From Octopus vulgaris (taxonomy: Eukaryota): a stretch of 64,000 bases of DNA. Position 1 is the stretch's first letter; every line of letters begins with the position of its first letter. Location of the stretch: contig OX597823.1 of the NCBI GenBank assembly GCA_951406725.2, forward strand, positions 104,594,001 through 104,658,000, written 5' to 3'. Below, one piece after another: positions 28,547 to 42,002 of this stretch. The translations under genes were made by a program, and so were the position numbers. A model generated the notes under the pieces. It had not been told where the DNA came from. It saw nothing but the letters and a program-made list of their open reading frames with translations, and ran no database searches.

Positions 28547-28939
28547 ACTCTTTTACTCTTTACTCTTTTACTTGTTTCAGTCGTTTGACTGCGGCCATGC
28601 TGGAGCACCGCCTTTAGTCGAGCAAACCGACCCCGGGACTTATTCTTTGTAAGCCCAGTACTTATTCTATTGGTCTCTTTTGCCGAACCGCTAAGTAACG
28701 GGGACGTAAACACACCAGCATCGGTTGTCAAGCAATGCTAGGGGGACAAACACAGACACACAAACACACACATACATATATATATACATATATACGACAG
28801 GCTTCTTTCAGTTTCCGTCTACCAAATCCACTCACAAGGCATTGGTCGGCCCGGGGCTATAGCAGAAGACACTTGCCCAAGATGCCACGCAGTGGGACTG
28901 AACCCGGAACCATGTGGTTGGTAAGCATCCTACTTACCA
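28547..28939 (-). mobile_element. SINE family A, near full length
   Basis: B box GGTTCAGTCCC, CORE-like TTGGGCAAGTGTCTTC, tail GGCGGTGCTCCAGCATGGCCGCAGTCAAACGACTGAAACAAGTAAAAGAG. Confidence 0.92.
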
Positions 28940-31392
28940 AGAAATAACACAAATTTCGGGTATAAATTCCTGATATAAAGTTTGTTTATCAGATGTATGT
29001 AACATTGCTTCTATACAAGAACTGAGCAATTCTGATAATTCTCTTTATCTATTAATACTTTAATTCTTCCTGTAGTAAAATACTTCAAACTACTCAAACA
29101 AGTGTCTATCAAATAAATACCAAGGAAACTTAGAAATCTTTCCCAGATGTTTTAAGAAAACTCAAAGAAAAAAAAAAAAACCTTCAAATTCTCACAATGT
29201 TATATTTGTGAGCATACATATACATTACACACAGAAAGTGTTACACAATAAAACCAAATAACAACAATTAAAAAAAAACAAGTTTCTTTCACTATTTAAC
29301 TCGTGCCTTTCTACATTCTGGTTTTTGCATAAATTAAAAAAGAAAAAAAAAACAAAAACAAAACAAAAAACAACTTGACTCAAAGCAAATTTAAGCTAAA
29401 ATTCTTAAAAGATGATATTGTATATGTTCCTACATTTGGGAATAAGCCAGACACCAAAGGTCAGGATGAGGAAACTGACATAAGATTGGAAAAGTTAGAT
29501 AATAGCTTCTAAGAAAAATTCAAACTGGTTATTTAATCTTATTGTCTGTTGATATAAATCTATCCAATACAAGTAACAAACTGTAGTAAACACAAGATAT
29601 TCAAGAAATCAAATGGCGACTTTACTTAGAAAGTACTCTCTCTCTCTCTCACATTACTAATGATCTTCTGTCTGTTGTATTTATTTCTTGTTTCTTGGCA
29701 AATAACTTAAACCGTTTGATAGAAACATCTTAGAGATAAGCATTACATTCAAATTATTAATTCTTACAATGGCTATTCATGAGAAGGAGAGAAAGGTTAT
29801 ATGGTTATAGAGTCCGCATATTATTAGCTTAACTTCTACTCTATGTTGCTCACCCCTCCTATTACAAATATAACGTATAATTAAATAATCCCATCGTCAA
29901 AATTATAGCTCAGAAAGAAATCAGAGCCATTCCATTATCGTTTCTAGTATACTTGACAAAGCAGAAAATGGCAAACGATTTACGCATGTGCACTTGTTCT
30001 ATGTGTTTTATATCAAACATTATTAACTACGCAAGCATGTGTTCCTTGGTTTGATTCTGTGTGGCTTTAGGAGCAAGTGTCTTTTACCATGACCTCACGT
30101 TGACCAACATTTTGGGAGTGGAATTTAGGAGACAGAAACAGAACAGAAGTCTTCTGCATGCATGTGTGTGTGTGATAAATTTAATCATGTATAAACTAGT
30201 TCTAGAATAGGAAGCAACTAAAAAAGGTTGGTGACAAGAAGGGCATCTGACTACAAAACACTGCCTCAAAAACACCATTTCACTCATACCACCATGGAAA
30301 AGTGGACAGAAAGCATTGATTATACACACACAAATTGACTTGGGCATATCTTTTACCAATTTATATCAGCATAAGATATAAACATCACTAAGAAAACCAG
30401 AAAGGGTAGGGGACAAAGTTTTATGCTGGAAGTCCCTTGCACTGTGTTGGACACTCCTTTGTAAACTCAATGTCAGATATGCAGTGAACCAGTGACTGAC
30501 CCATTCAAACCCTGCAACCAATGGTGCTACTGGTCACTAACTAGGATATAATATAAAAAATATATAACCATTAAGAAAATTTCTCTTGTAATATTTTGCT
30601 TATTTTCTGCCTTTCACAAGTTTGGAAAAGGATGTGCAAAATGAGGAGGGTAATAGAGGGAGAAGTGAATCAATTCTTAATTCCTTTAGAGAAGCAAATC
30701 ACTAAATAGTAGTGAGCAAATTGCTACACAGATGTAATTATCTAATAATCGCAGTGGAATGTGCATATATAGACACATATACATCAACATATTCATTTTA
30801 ACATGGACTTTTCTATGTTGAAGATTTTTCTACAGTTGGATGCTCTTCCTGCTGCTAATCTGTACCGATTTCCAAGCAAGGTAATATTTCCCCAAGTGTA
30901 TTGAACAAGGAACAACCTAGACATACTTTATGGGAGAATTGTAAGCAAATAACATCATCTGCATGAATGATGACATTTGGTCTACAATCAGAGTGCATGT
31001 CAAAACAAGATGAACACAAACACAAAACAGGCTTCTTTCAGTTTTCATCTACCAAATTTTATTTACAGTGATTAATCCTTGGCTATATTCAAAGACAGAA
31101 ACTGAGAGTGTCCACTCAGTGGGAATGAACCCCAAACCATAATCACACAACCATTCCCTACACCCAACACAAATATGCTTGCACAGTTTTCTTGCCTTTT
31201 AGGTTTGGTTCCAGTTATTGCAATGTAGCTATGTTGTGGTGGCACCACCTAACTTTGGAAGAATGAAAGGCAAATTAGGGTGAGGTAGGAACATGAACTT
31301 AGAATATAAAAGAATATAAATACCACAAAGTCTGATGCTCTACCAATTCTGCTATCCATACACAAACATGGATACACACAAACTCCCAAGTA

Positions 31393-31905
31393 CTTTAAAT
31401 CCTTGAGTATAATCTCCATTTTCCCCGCCAAAATTTAAAGGTCAAAATCCCTAGTGCATACTATATACGAGATTAAAAATGAAAATTATTTTCTAAGCAA
31501 TGTCCGAGTCTCTATTTGCTGTCCGGCAATGTTTATTCAGATGCATTTTCTGATGTTGGGCGCGAAAATACCTTAAGCTAAGCCTGAAAGCAATGAAGTC
31601 ATAAAAGAATCATCCATAACTTGCTGTAAGCAACATTTATTAAACGTTATTACTGTTATTTCTTTATTTTCTGCAAACAAAATGCACAAAAAAGCTACAC
31701 GTTTGCATTATGTTATATGTACAATAATAATAAAGGACGTTACCGTATACATTTTTACAAACCAAGGGCGTTATATAGACTTCCTTGACTCAAGTCAGAG
31801 AAGGGGTGCATTTTATATACAAGGCTTAGGTTTTTCAGAGGTACAGCCCCCTAAAAATCCCCTGCGTATTATACTCAAGGGCAGACTATACTCGAGGATT
31901 TACAG
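31393..31905. mobile_element. pogo/Tc2-type non-autonomous DNA transposon (MITE)
   Basis: TA|CTTTAAATCCTTGAGTATAATC ... GACTATACTCGAGGATTTACAG|TG form imperfect 22-bp TIRs, with subterminal TATACTC/TATATACGAG repeats. Confidence 0.7.
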
Positions 31906-32226
31906 TGTATATACTTCAGATTGTAGGTTAAATTATGATACAATCAAAGTACATAAAGGGAATTACACCAGAGAAATTAACGGCAATTCTTTATAAAATA
32001 GAAATGAAAGCTAAGGCTTTTGTAAAAAGACAAATATGTTGTAACAAACATTTTCTAAAACCAGCATCAATCATTCACATACAGTCAAATGGTTTCAACT
32101 TAGAATTCAAAGAATTTCATGAACAGTTTCTCAGGTATTTCATTCTTATTCTATTTCACACACTAATTTGTCTAAGTTCATTTATGCTAGAGTGGTTTTT
32201 TTTTGCAAAATTGAATATTTTACTTA

Positions 32227-32590
32227 TTTACTTGTTTCAGTCATTTGACTGCTGCTATGCTGGAGCACCGCTTTTAGTTGAGCAAATTGAACCCAGGACT
32301 TATTCTTTGTAAGCCTAGTACTTATTCTATCAGTCACTTTTGCTGAAGCGCGAAGTTACAGGGACGTAAACACCAGCATCGGTTGTCAAGTAATGTTGGG
32401 GGGGACAAACACAGACACATATATACGATGGGCTTCTTTCAGTTTCCATCTACCAAATCCACTCACTAGGTTTTGGTCGGCCCGAGGCTATAGTAGAAGA
32501 CACTTGCCCAAGGTGCCACGCAGTGGGTCTGAACCCGGAACCATGTGTTTGGTAAGCAAGCTACTTACCACACAGCCACTCCTGCGCCTA
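32227..32590 (-). mobile_element. SINE family A, full length
   Basis: Head TAGGCGCAGGAGTGGCTGTGTGGTAAG (A box) ... GGTTCAGACCC (B box); same body and tail as 28547-28939. Confidence 0.92.
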
Positions 32591-34759
32591 CATTGAATAT
32601 TTTCATATAAGAAATTGCACTAAAAGCTTACAGGCAAATATTCTAATTTACATAAAACTACACCCTGCCACCACCTAACAGAATATGAAAAAGTGGATAT
32701 ATAATAATAAAAAAAAAAAAAAAAAAAGAGAGAGCCTATACATTCAATTTGAAGTAAACATTATTATTTAGAGATGGGGAGGTGTTGCCTTACTGTGCTA
32801 AAACCGTTAGGGACGGGCCAAGTTATATTTTTGTACATGGTTTCTAAACATAAAAGTAAAAATGTAGGAAACTATATTGATTGATGAGTCAAATAATTGA
32901 TGCAGACGACCAACACCCACACTGAATTTCAGCTGTTGGTTAGTGATAGAATCCATTAGAGACAGTATATGTAGCATCACCCATTTCATTTTCCATTGCA
33001 TTTCAAGAAGGCCATTACCCATTCATTATATGTGAGGGTCAACTCATCAAATAGATAAGCTGAATAAGGTTACTGCAGTTAATACGGAAGAAGAAGAAAT
33101 ACAGTTAAACGTATTCTCAAATTGAATAGTGGTGGGCATGGGGAGTGTAGAATATGACCAGCAAATAACAATGTTGGATGTTGTGTACGATGGGAGCTTC
33201 ACAGCAAATTGAAAGAATAACTGCAGAATAACTGGACAAGGATTTGGGAAGTAAGCATTCATATAAACATAGTCTATTAGTGTTAAAGATTAAAAAAGAA
33301 ATTAGTCATTTCAGGGAGGGAGAACAGCACTTCAGAATCAAGTGTGTTACGGAACCTGAGAGTCAATAGCTATTATTTATTTTCCACTGGCATGGCTGTC
33401 TAGTTAACTTATGTGGTTTTCGTTTCAGTCTCACTGTATGGCACCCTAGGCAACTGTCTTCAACTATAATCTCAGATCAACAAACACCTTGTGAATGAAT
33501 TTGGTAGACATAATGTATGGGAAGCTAGTTGTGTGTGTGATTATAAATATTTACATTCCCACTGTGTGAAAGTATTGAGCTACAAATGATGATGATTGTT
33601 GATGTTGCCTGTCAACAAAATCATCCTCCGCTTCTGTGTTTCCAAAGCTGGGGGGGGGGGGGGACCCCCCCCAACAACCTTCATTTGGAAAACAGGTAAG
33701 GGTTAGCAGCAGAAAGGGCATCAGGTAGTAAAACAATATGCTGCAATAAGTAATATGTATTTGTTTAACCAATGTGAATATGAATTAACAATAACAGCCC
33801 TATCCCACAAAATCCCTAAGATAAATGAAAAAACAGAATGCATGAAGAACCAGGCTACATCATTGTGTTTTGCAACATAAAAAATATAAATTCCCAGAGC
33901 ATCCACTGCAGTTGGTGAATTCCCCAAATTTACAGGTAACAAATGCAGTCAAAATTGCTCAGTTGCAATTTGTTTCACTCTTATTAAGTCATGCCAGTCA
34001 GTAATGTATATAAAAACACTAGATATATCTGTTAACAAATGTTTCCATTGAAGAAACAAGTCTTCTTCCTATTGGTGTGATGACAAGCATTAGATACAGC
34101 ACTGAGATTCTTAGCTGTTATTTCCTAAAGCAAGCACACAGCTGAACTCTACTTTCTGGCATTGATTTTATATGGGTTATGCTTGTGCTTAGGTATTGTT
34201 GTATATCATAATGTTTTGCTACTGTGCCGTATGTTTATTATGATGCATAATCATATTTCTTTCACATATTTTTATTATGTATCATCACTGACATATATTT
34301 ATGTAGGTGTTTTTATGATTTTGTATTATTTTATTATATGTTATAGAGAATTGAGAACATTGAAGATTGTCAGATCTTTGAGTTGATGCTGTCCAATGAA
34401 GCTATTGTTTACAAATGCAGGTTTTTTTTTTAAACCATGAAATTGTTTGTGTTTTTCCCAAACCACCAAAACACATAAGAATGCTATACTGACAAATAAA
34501 ATCTGATACAGTTATTACGTTGCTGGGCTTATTGGCCACAGGCTACAAGATATGATAGTCTGCTTGTTCCCGTGTGTATATTCGAAAATATCAATCTTTC
34601 CAAAATCAGTAAGAGAGATGTATATATTTAAAATTAGCACCTATCCACAAAAAGAAACTTCTTTCATCAATTCATTTGCAACAATTCCATTTTACTGATC
34701 AATAAAATGAACCAAAAAAGCAAAAAACAACCACCCAATCCACAGCACCTACACACTGT

Positions 34760-34930
34760 CATATATACACACTGATATTGCACATCCAGTGAAGCATACT
34801 AGCTTCATTTCTTTCAAGCCTTTGCATGTCCTCTGCTTGTTCACACACAAGCATCATACAATCTGCCTGTCACTCTGAAGGAGAGGACCTTTGGTACTAA
34901 CAAAGGTAGAAGCTCGCTGAACTTTGCCCT
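34760..34930 (-). mobile_element. RTE-clade LINE fragment
   Basis: Minus strand gives KFSELLPLLVPKVLSFRVTGRLYDACV and LERNEASMLHWMC, homologous to 58940-59130 (+). Confidence 0.7.
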
Positions 34931-35049
34931 GAGGGTCGGTTATGTCATATATATGTGTGCAGCTCTACAAGAACCTACTCTGCCACTCCCCAAATAGTAT
35001 ACCCTCAATCCACAGCATAAAATACTCCCCACCTTGGGTTTTGTAGTCT

Positions 35050-35243
35050 TCTGAGTTGCATGGTGACCTCAGTAGTGCTGTGGTACAAAAAAAAAAAGCA
35101 TCTACTACATACTGTAAAGTGATTGGCATTAGGAAGGACATCCAGGAATAGAAACTATGCCAAAGCAGGCACTAGAGCATGATGCAGTCAACCCGTCCAA
35201 CCCATGCCCGCAAGGAGCATGGATGTTAAATGATGATGATGAT
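35050..35243 (+). mobile_element. SINE family C, degenerate
   Basis: GGCATTAGGAAGGACATCCAG...CCAACCCATGC...GGATGTTAAATGATGATGATGA. Confidence 0.75.
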
Positions 35244-36231
35244 TAGAGAACTAAATGAAATAAATGTGATTTAAAGGGGGAAATGACAAAGTTTAAAATG
35301 CACAGGAGAGGTATGGGTGACTGCAAAAATGTCTATGTATTAGCATAAAAAATTCAAAACAAAACAGTTTAAAAGCACCGAAAAATAATTGATATAATTA
35401 CAATCAGAATAAACATTTTGTCTTTAAGTTGAAAAAAAACAAACAAACAAAACTCCTGATAAAGACAATTTAACATGAACATATATGTAATGATAATAGT
35501 AGGCTCAATCAAAGTTTATTATTTATTATATTTCTTCCTTGTCCCTAACACCTGCTCCTGCATTCAAGTCAAAATAACTTCTACATCATTAACATTTTCC
35601 ATAGATTATTTCCCCTCGAGATTGTATTAGTATGGTCACACATTACATCTTCTCCATCTATTTGATTTCTAGCTAGTTTTCAATGATAAACCAGAGCCTG
35701 ATATTTGTTCCATTTTCATTCTATCAATTTCTCCTGTGATAAATCAAATACAAAACGAAATGTTATATTTTGACAAAACTTATTGTATACAAGCTGTTCT
35801 TTAGAAATTCAATTTTCTAAATGGAAATCTACCAATTCGTAATCTATCTTAACATATCATTAAACGTTTTTCTTTTTTTTACTAAAAATTAAGGTATGTT
35901 AACTCTATAATGACTTCTATTCCACTTAATATAGCAATCTGGAATGTATCTGTACACTTTTGACAAAATTTTGCAACAGAAATAATTAATTCTACTATAG
36001 GGCCCAAGGCCTGAAATTTTGGAGAAGGGTGCTTAGTTGATTACAATCAGCCACAAAGCTTAACTGGTAGTTATTTTATCGAGACAGAAAGGATGAAATG
36101 CAAAGTTGGCCTGAGTGGAATTTGAACTCAGAATGTAAAGTTGGAAGAAATGCCACTAAGTATTTTGTCCAATTCATTGAAGATTTTGCCAGCTCATTAC
36201 CTTTTTGTAACAGAAATAATGCTGGCAGATA

Positions 36232-36996
36232 CGAGGGGCGTTCAATAAGTAATGCCCCTGACCCACTTGCTCTAGCTGAAATTTTGCATGTGCAATTATT
36301 TATATCTCTATAGATTAAGTGGCAAATTACAGCTCTGAACTAATTGTAGTTTCTGATTTACAGGTGTTTGAACAGAGTCAAGTGTGAAATGGAGCCTGTT
36401 GAGTGTCGAGCAGTGATCTGGTTTTTGTATTTGAAAGGACGCACACCACAGGAGACTTTTGATGAAATGAAAGTAACTTATGGTGATAATGCCCCATCAT
36501 ATGACCTTGTAAAACACTGGCATCGTGAATTCAAACATGGTTGGAACTCTGTGGAAACAGCTCCCAGATCTGGTCGCCCCCCTCCCCACTTCTGCCATTG
36601 ATGAGGCATCTGTCCGTCAAGTTGAGGCTGCCATTTTGGAAGATCGACGCATAACTATTCGCCAAATAGCCCATGAGGTCAAGATTAGTACCGGGTCTGT
36701 GGAAACTATCATTCATGACCATTTGCATATGCAAAATGTGTCTGCCAGATGGATTCCCAGGTTGCTCACACCTTTCCAGAAGCAAGAACGCGTTGAGTGC
36801 TTGAGGATGAATTTGGAGATGTGCCAAGAAGATTAGTCAAAATCTTCAAAAGACTGATTACACAGGATCAAACGATGGGAGAAATGCATAACTCTGGGTG
36901 TTTCCTATGTAGAAAAAGACTAATAACTGTGCCAAGCTTCGTTGCTCTACTACTATGGGAAGTGGGTCAGGGGTATTACTTATTGAACGCCCCTCG
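36232..36996 (+). mobile_element. Mariner element, internally deleted (765 bp), TA TSD, 37-bp TIRs
   Basis: TA|CGAGGGGCGTTCAATAAGTAATGCCCCTGACCCACTT ... AAGTGGGTCAGGGGTATTACTTATTGAACGCCCCTCG|TA, with one mismatch. Confidence 0.95.
36389..36900 (+). pseudogene. Mariner transposase pseudogene (HTH domains retained, most of the catalytic domain deleted)
   Basis: MEPVECRAVIWFL...WHREFKHG...PRSGRP, frameshift near 36580, then EDRRITIRQIA...SARWIPRLL (WVPHEL-like motif), stop at 36834-36836, ITQD remnant, then a jump to the C-terminal region. Confidence 0.9.
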
Positions 36997-37520
36997 TATG
37001 ATACACATCAACTGAAAGATAGCCGATATATTATGCATATATCAATCTAGAAACAAGATAAACAGAACACCTTATTTTATCTTCATTGTGACTTTAGCAT
37101 CTGTTTTTCAATGCTGGTACATATTGAGTGATGGCAATAACATCACTCTTCTTCAGCCTATCTTTTATCTCTCTCTGAGGTGAAAAATACTTAGATCTGA
37201 TTTGACCACTTCTCCTCACCTTGCGTCTTACTTATTTTTTTATTTCCATTAGATACCTTCCAAAGTAGGCATTATCTATATATATGCCCAAGAGTAGTGA
37301 ACCGGCAAAATTGTTCAGATGTAGGACAAAATGCCCAACAATATTTATTTTAGTTTTCAATGTTCTGGACTGAAATTCTGCCAAGTTCAACTTTGCCTTT
37401 CATCCTGCCAAGGTTAAAAATATAAGGCACCCGTCAAATACTGGAGCTGGGTAAATCAGCTAACCATCTTCTCCAGATTTCAGTCATTAGGCTTAATTTG
37501 GAAATAATCATCTACATAAG

Positions 37521-37680
37521 CACAGGCATGGCTGAGTGGTAAGAAGCTTGCTTCCCAACTACATATTTTCAGGTTCAGTCCTACTGCATGACACCTTGGG
37601 TAAGTGTCTTTTACTATAATCTTGAGCTGACCAAAGTCTTCTGAGTGGATTTGGTAGAAGGAAATGGAAAAAAGCCTATT
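37521..37680 (+). mobile_element. SINE family A 5' half, degenerate
   Basis: TGGCTGAGTGGTAAG...GGTTCAGTCC...ACCTTGGGTAAGTGTCTT...GAGTGGATTTGGTAGA. Confidence 0.8.
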
Positions 37681-38058
37681 ATATGTATACATACATAGTT
37701 CAAATTTACAGAAAAAAAAGACAAAGACAAGCCTAAGAACAACAAGCAGGTGTATTAGTTTAATGCTCAGGAAGAATGGAAAAGTGGAAAACAAGAAAAG
37801 AAAAAAATCACTATTTCAAAAGTGAGCTACATTATTTTTCTTTTTTAAATGAATAAATTCTCTCTCTGATATCATCTTAAGATAAGGGTGGTGGGGGCTG
37901 CCCATAAAATACAGGTACAGTGATTTTTGAGGAATACTATAAGACTTTTGCAACAAAAGTTTAGGAAACTTTAAACCAGGGGATAAAACTATCAACATAT
38001 ACATGAATAAATTAATTTAACATACTAAGTATCATTGTATAAACATTTTACCATAAAT

Positions 38059-38062
<4 letters not shown>

Positions 38063-38118
<56 letters not shown>
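38063..38118. repeat. (GA)n microsatellite
   Basis: Directly visible. Confidence 0.95.
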
Positions 38119-38120
<2 letters not shown>

Positions 38121-39058
38121 CACACACTTAGAAGATAAGAATTTTAACTGATAAGAATTTTTTTAGCATTAATATAGGTTTAAATTCTGTACACAAATAG
38201 GTGAAGTAAATTTGTGAAAACAACATTGAAAAACATCAGCATGAAAATAAACGAAGAATAATTAATAGTATAGACTAAAATTAAAACTCCAGGGAAATCC
38301 ATGTAAACAGTGAAATGTCATAAAAAAGAATTTTGAGCCAAAATATCTAAATCAATAAATTCTTTTATTGTTTTGTAGTAGCAGCCCACAGTAGATGCAA
38401 GAGATTAGACAATTCTAGACAGAGTCTTTCTCAATACTGTTTCATGTTCACACACAGTCTCCTACATACATACTTTCTCAGGTGCTTTATTTATTTTAAT
38501 CCTGTTAATACTACTCTTGGTTTTACGCTACAAAACTACTTGTTTAAAATGTTCATATTTAAATTTATATAATCTATCATAATTTTTATGTGAGAATCTT
38601 TTCATTACCAGCTTAATACTAAACAAATTATACTAAATATTTCCAAGTGCTTGATTACTTTAAAAATCTGAAAAGCTTGTGTGATATATTTTGTTAGATG
38701 TAAAGTCACAAAAAGATTAAATTGTTCACATGTGATTCCTTGGTTTAAAACAGCCAATCACAGCTGGAACGATATCCTCACTGTATCCTGCTCATATCTT
38801 TCACACATTTCAAAAGTTAATAATTAGTACTTTTCCAGCTTTTACTACTTGTTTTCTCTTATGAGTACAAGATATATCAATAATCAGCATTGGCTTTTGT
38901 TGATTACTCTTTTTTTTTATTGTTGTTATTGTCATTTTGACCCCCCCCCCCCAAAAAAAACCATAAAAATGTAAAAATACTGGAGTTGATCTAATAAATT
39001 GTTTTCTCACAAAATGTATTATGCCAATGATAGAAACCATTATTATCATCATCATTTT

Positions 39059-39450
39059 AAGGCAGCGAGCTGGCAGAATCGTTAGCACGCTGGGTGAAAT
39101 GTGTAGCCGTATTTCATCTGCCATTACATTCCGAGTTCAAATTCCGCTGAGGTCGACTTTGCCTTTCATCCTTTCTGGGTCGATAAATTAAATACCAGTT
39201 ACGCACTGGGGTCGATATAATCGACTTAATCCCTTTGTCTGTCCTTTCTGTGTTTAGCCCCTTGTGGGTAGTAAAGAAATAGGTATTGTGTCTGTATTTA
39301 TGTTCTGAGTTCAAATTCTGTCGAGGTCGATTTTTCTTTTTATCCTTTTGGGGTTCGATAAATTAAGTGAAACACTGGAGTTGATGTAATCGACTAGTCC
39401 CCCCCCCACCAAACATCAGGCCTTGTGCCTATAGTAAAGATTATTATTAG
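39059..39450 (+). mobile_element. SINE family B, with a second partial copy in tandem
   Basis: GAGTTCAAATTC.G..GAGGTCGA block occurs at about 39133 and 39307. Confidence 0.85.
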
Positions 39451-39621
39451 TATTAGTAGCAGCAGCAGTGTTGTTTTATAAGAAATTTTCCAATGTAATA
39501 GTGAATGGAGAGTAGCTAGAGCATAATGTTCATAGGTATTTTCCAGTCCAACTGCTTTAAAAGTATCAACATGACCATAGAAAGACTGCCAGTATTAAAA
39601 GAAAAAGATCAAATAACTCAC

Positions 39622-39725
39622 CTATGTCCATACACCAATATTTTGGATCTATCAGCAGGCCATTCACAGATAGCGATGAAAATATCTGGTTCAATTCCAT
39701 TTTCAAAAAGACGTACTTCTGAAAC
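39622..39725 (-). CDS. DCAF15: DCAF15-like exon, 104 nt, phase 0-2 (not in the ORF track in this frame)
   Basis: VSEVRLFENGIEPDIFIAICEWPADRSKILVYGH versus remembered human [35 protein letters not shown]. Acceptor ttttatctcttgttag, donor AG|gtgagt; AG+T = Ser joins in frame to 25520. Confidence 0.9.
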
Positions 39726-40180
39726 CTAACAAGAGATAAAACAAACAAAGACTCAATCAATATCTAAATACGTAGTTATAGAGCCATTAGCTGAAGACAG
39801 CAAAAGACAAGGTACAATACCGTTCCTGTTTCAAATGGTTGGAGAGAATGTGGAAAAGTACATGGCAGAAACAAACAACAAATTTAATCTATGACAATAT
39901 TGAGCTAAAGTGAATCTCGTAAGAGTTTAGCTTTCAGAAATGACACAAACATTAAGCAGAAATAGCAAAAATATTATAGAGCTGACTGACTGATTAGTTT
40001 GTCAAAAGCTGTAGAAACAAAAGACATTGGAAGTAATGTGTGTGTGTGTGTGTGTGTGTGTACAGAGATAATGCATGGTGCATAAAAGATGAAATGGAAT
40101 TGCAAAGAGACTTGTAAAAGTGATAGAAAAGTACAGTGAAATTGCCATGGGCAGTGGAGAAGACAATGTTTCAAGCAGTC

Positions 40181-40450
40181 CATCATCATCGTCATCTAAC
40201 GTCTGCTTTCCATGCTAGCATGGGTTGGACGATTTCGACAGAGGTCTGGCGAACCAGATGGCAGCACCAGGCCCCAATCTTGATCTGGCAGAGTTTCTAC
40301 AGCTGGATGCCCTTCCTAACGCCAACCACTCCAAGAGTATAGTGGGTGCTTTTTACGTGCCACCGGCATGGGGGCCAGTCAGGTGGTACTGGCAATGACC
40401 TCGCTCGAATCTTTTTACACATGCCACCGGCACAGGTGCCAGTAAGGTGA
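40181..40450 (-). mobile_element. SINE family C
   Basis: Colinear with 19882-20090. Confidence 0.88.
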
Positions 40451-40625
40451 CAAGGGTAAAATGGCTGTAAGGAAAGAGTCAAAACAACAGTTTTACATAT
40501 TCTCTATCTGAGCAACTAGCAACAACTGAGACAAAGATATGAGCTTGTGTATGTAGACAGGAAAGTAGTAATGAGAGAGAGAGATATGAAAAGAGGAGGG
40601 GAAGCAGGTAAGGTGGAGGGAAAAA

Positions 40626-41620
40626 TTAAGGTGAGAGGAAGCTGAAGGTTAAAAATGGAATTACTGAAATAAGATGAGAGTAAAGGAACAGAAAGTGTTT
40701 ATTTAAGCTTGTTAGTGGCACGGTTTTGAGTTTGAATATGAAATGTTTTCCCATTTCCTCGAGTATGTGGATCCATGATATGCAGAGATGCTGCACACTG
40801 ATAAATGGATAATGGAACGGTTCATTGTGTTGAAGTGGGAGGCCATAGTCGGCTTGGCATACATTGTAGTGTGCTTCAGATATGTTTGCAGTTGAAGCAA
40901 TATATGAGGGTGGAAATTGTTGTGACTTAGGTCCGGTGATGATGGTTGTGCTGTTAGTATAAGGATAGGTATTGCAAACATAGACAAGCACATTTAAAAG
41001 TATCTGGTTGTGTATGGCTGGGTACTTTGGAGCTTCTAGCTAGGAAGTTATTGAAGTTGAAGGCAAAGAGAGATGGTGCAGGAACAAAGTAGATTTTTTT
41101 TGGGGGGGGGGGGGGGTAGGATTTGAAAGTTGCAGATGATTGTGTGTTTTACTGAAATGGTAGATGAATAAATCTGGTGTCTAGGTAGGTATGAAAGCTG
41201 TGAAATAGTTGATGGACTGCGCCTCACAGAGTGCAGGAGGCACAATTGATCAAGGGTACCTTTGATTTACATTGTTTTTCCCTTTTTCTTTTTCAAATTT
41301 GAATTAATGCTGCTGAGATGGCAAAACAAGAGGAATTGAGAGAATGCTATGGCAGATTTAGTGCGCTTGGGGTGAGAGGAACAGCAGAATCAGCATGTCT
41401 GTGATGGATAGGTCAATATTGTGAATGGTGCAGAAAGAGATGGAAAAGTTGATTAAACTAGCAAAGGTGTCAGATATGATGGAGATAAATTCCAGGGTGA
41501 GGTGAAAGGAGTTAATGGAAGAATGAACCCTCTTGAGCTGTTGTCTGATGAGGGTGGCAGCACTGACAAAGCTGTCAATATAATAACTATACAACTCTGG
41601 GATAATCTTGGGAAGTGAGT
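40626..41620 (-). mobile_element. Penelope-like element fossil (RT remnant and GIY-YIG C-terminal remnant)
   Basis: YIDSFVSA...INSFHLTLEFISIIS resembles PLE RYIDD...NxFHPxLxFT. EEMGKHFIFKLKTVPLTSLNKHF resembles PLE C-terminal EQHxIFxLxTxxPxGLN. Many stops and frameshifts. Confidence 0.65.
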
Positions 41621-41810
41621 AAAAATTTGCACTTCAATGTGGCCTAATTAGATCTATCTTGGTTTCTATAGCAACCCTGCTATCTTGTTTGTAAAAATTC
41701 TCCAGAGAAAGAAAAGCAATTAAGGGTTGGGATGAGTTCAGTTAAGCAGAAGAGTTATTCAGTGCTGGATACAGATGGGGGGGGGGGGCATAAGTCTAGT
41801 AAGTGCTTAA

Positions 41811-42002
41811 CCCTTTTGATATCAACCTCACTGAAACCACCTTTGGCTCTGTAGTACAAATGTCTTGTTTTCACAAGTTTTGAATTAAAATCTTCCACCA
41901 AACCTTAGTCACAATTTATGTTCCTAACACTAGCTTAATGATAACCAAGTTATTTTACTAAATTCTTAGTTATATTTAAACAGAAATATGGTAATAAAAG
42001 GG
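41811..42002 (+). mobile_element. piggyBac-type MITE (family 2), TTAA TSD
   Basis: TTAA|CCCTTTTGATATCA ... TGGTAATAAAAGGG|TTAA; highly similar copy at 54519-54740. Confidence 0.85.

Noticed and set aside
32500-32590. tRNA-like A/B boxes (also at 28220, 37525 and 39060)
   Set aside because: These are SINE heads continuing into repeat bodies, with no complete cloverleaf; not called tRNA genes.
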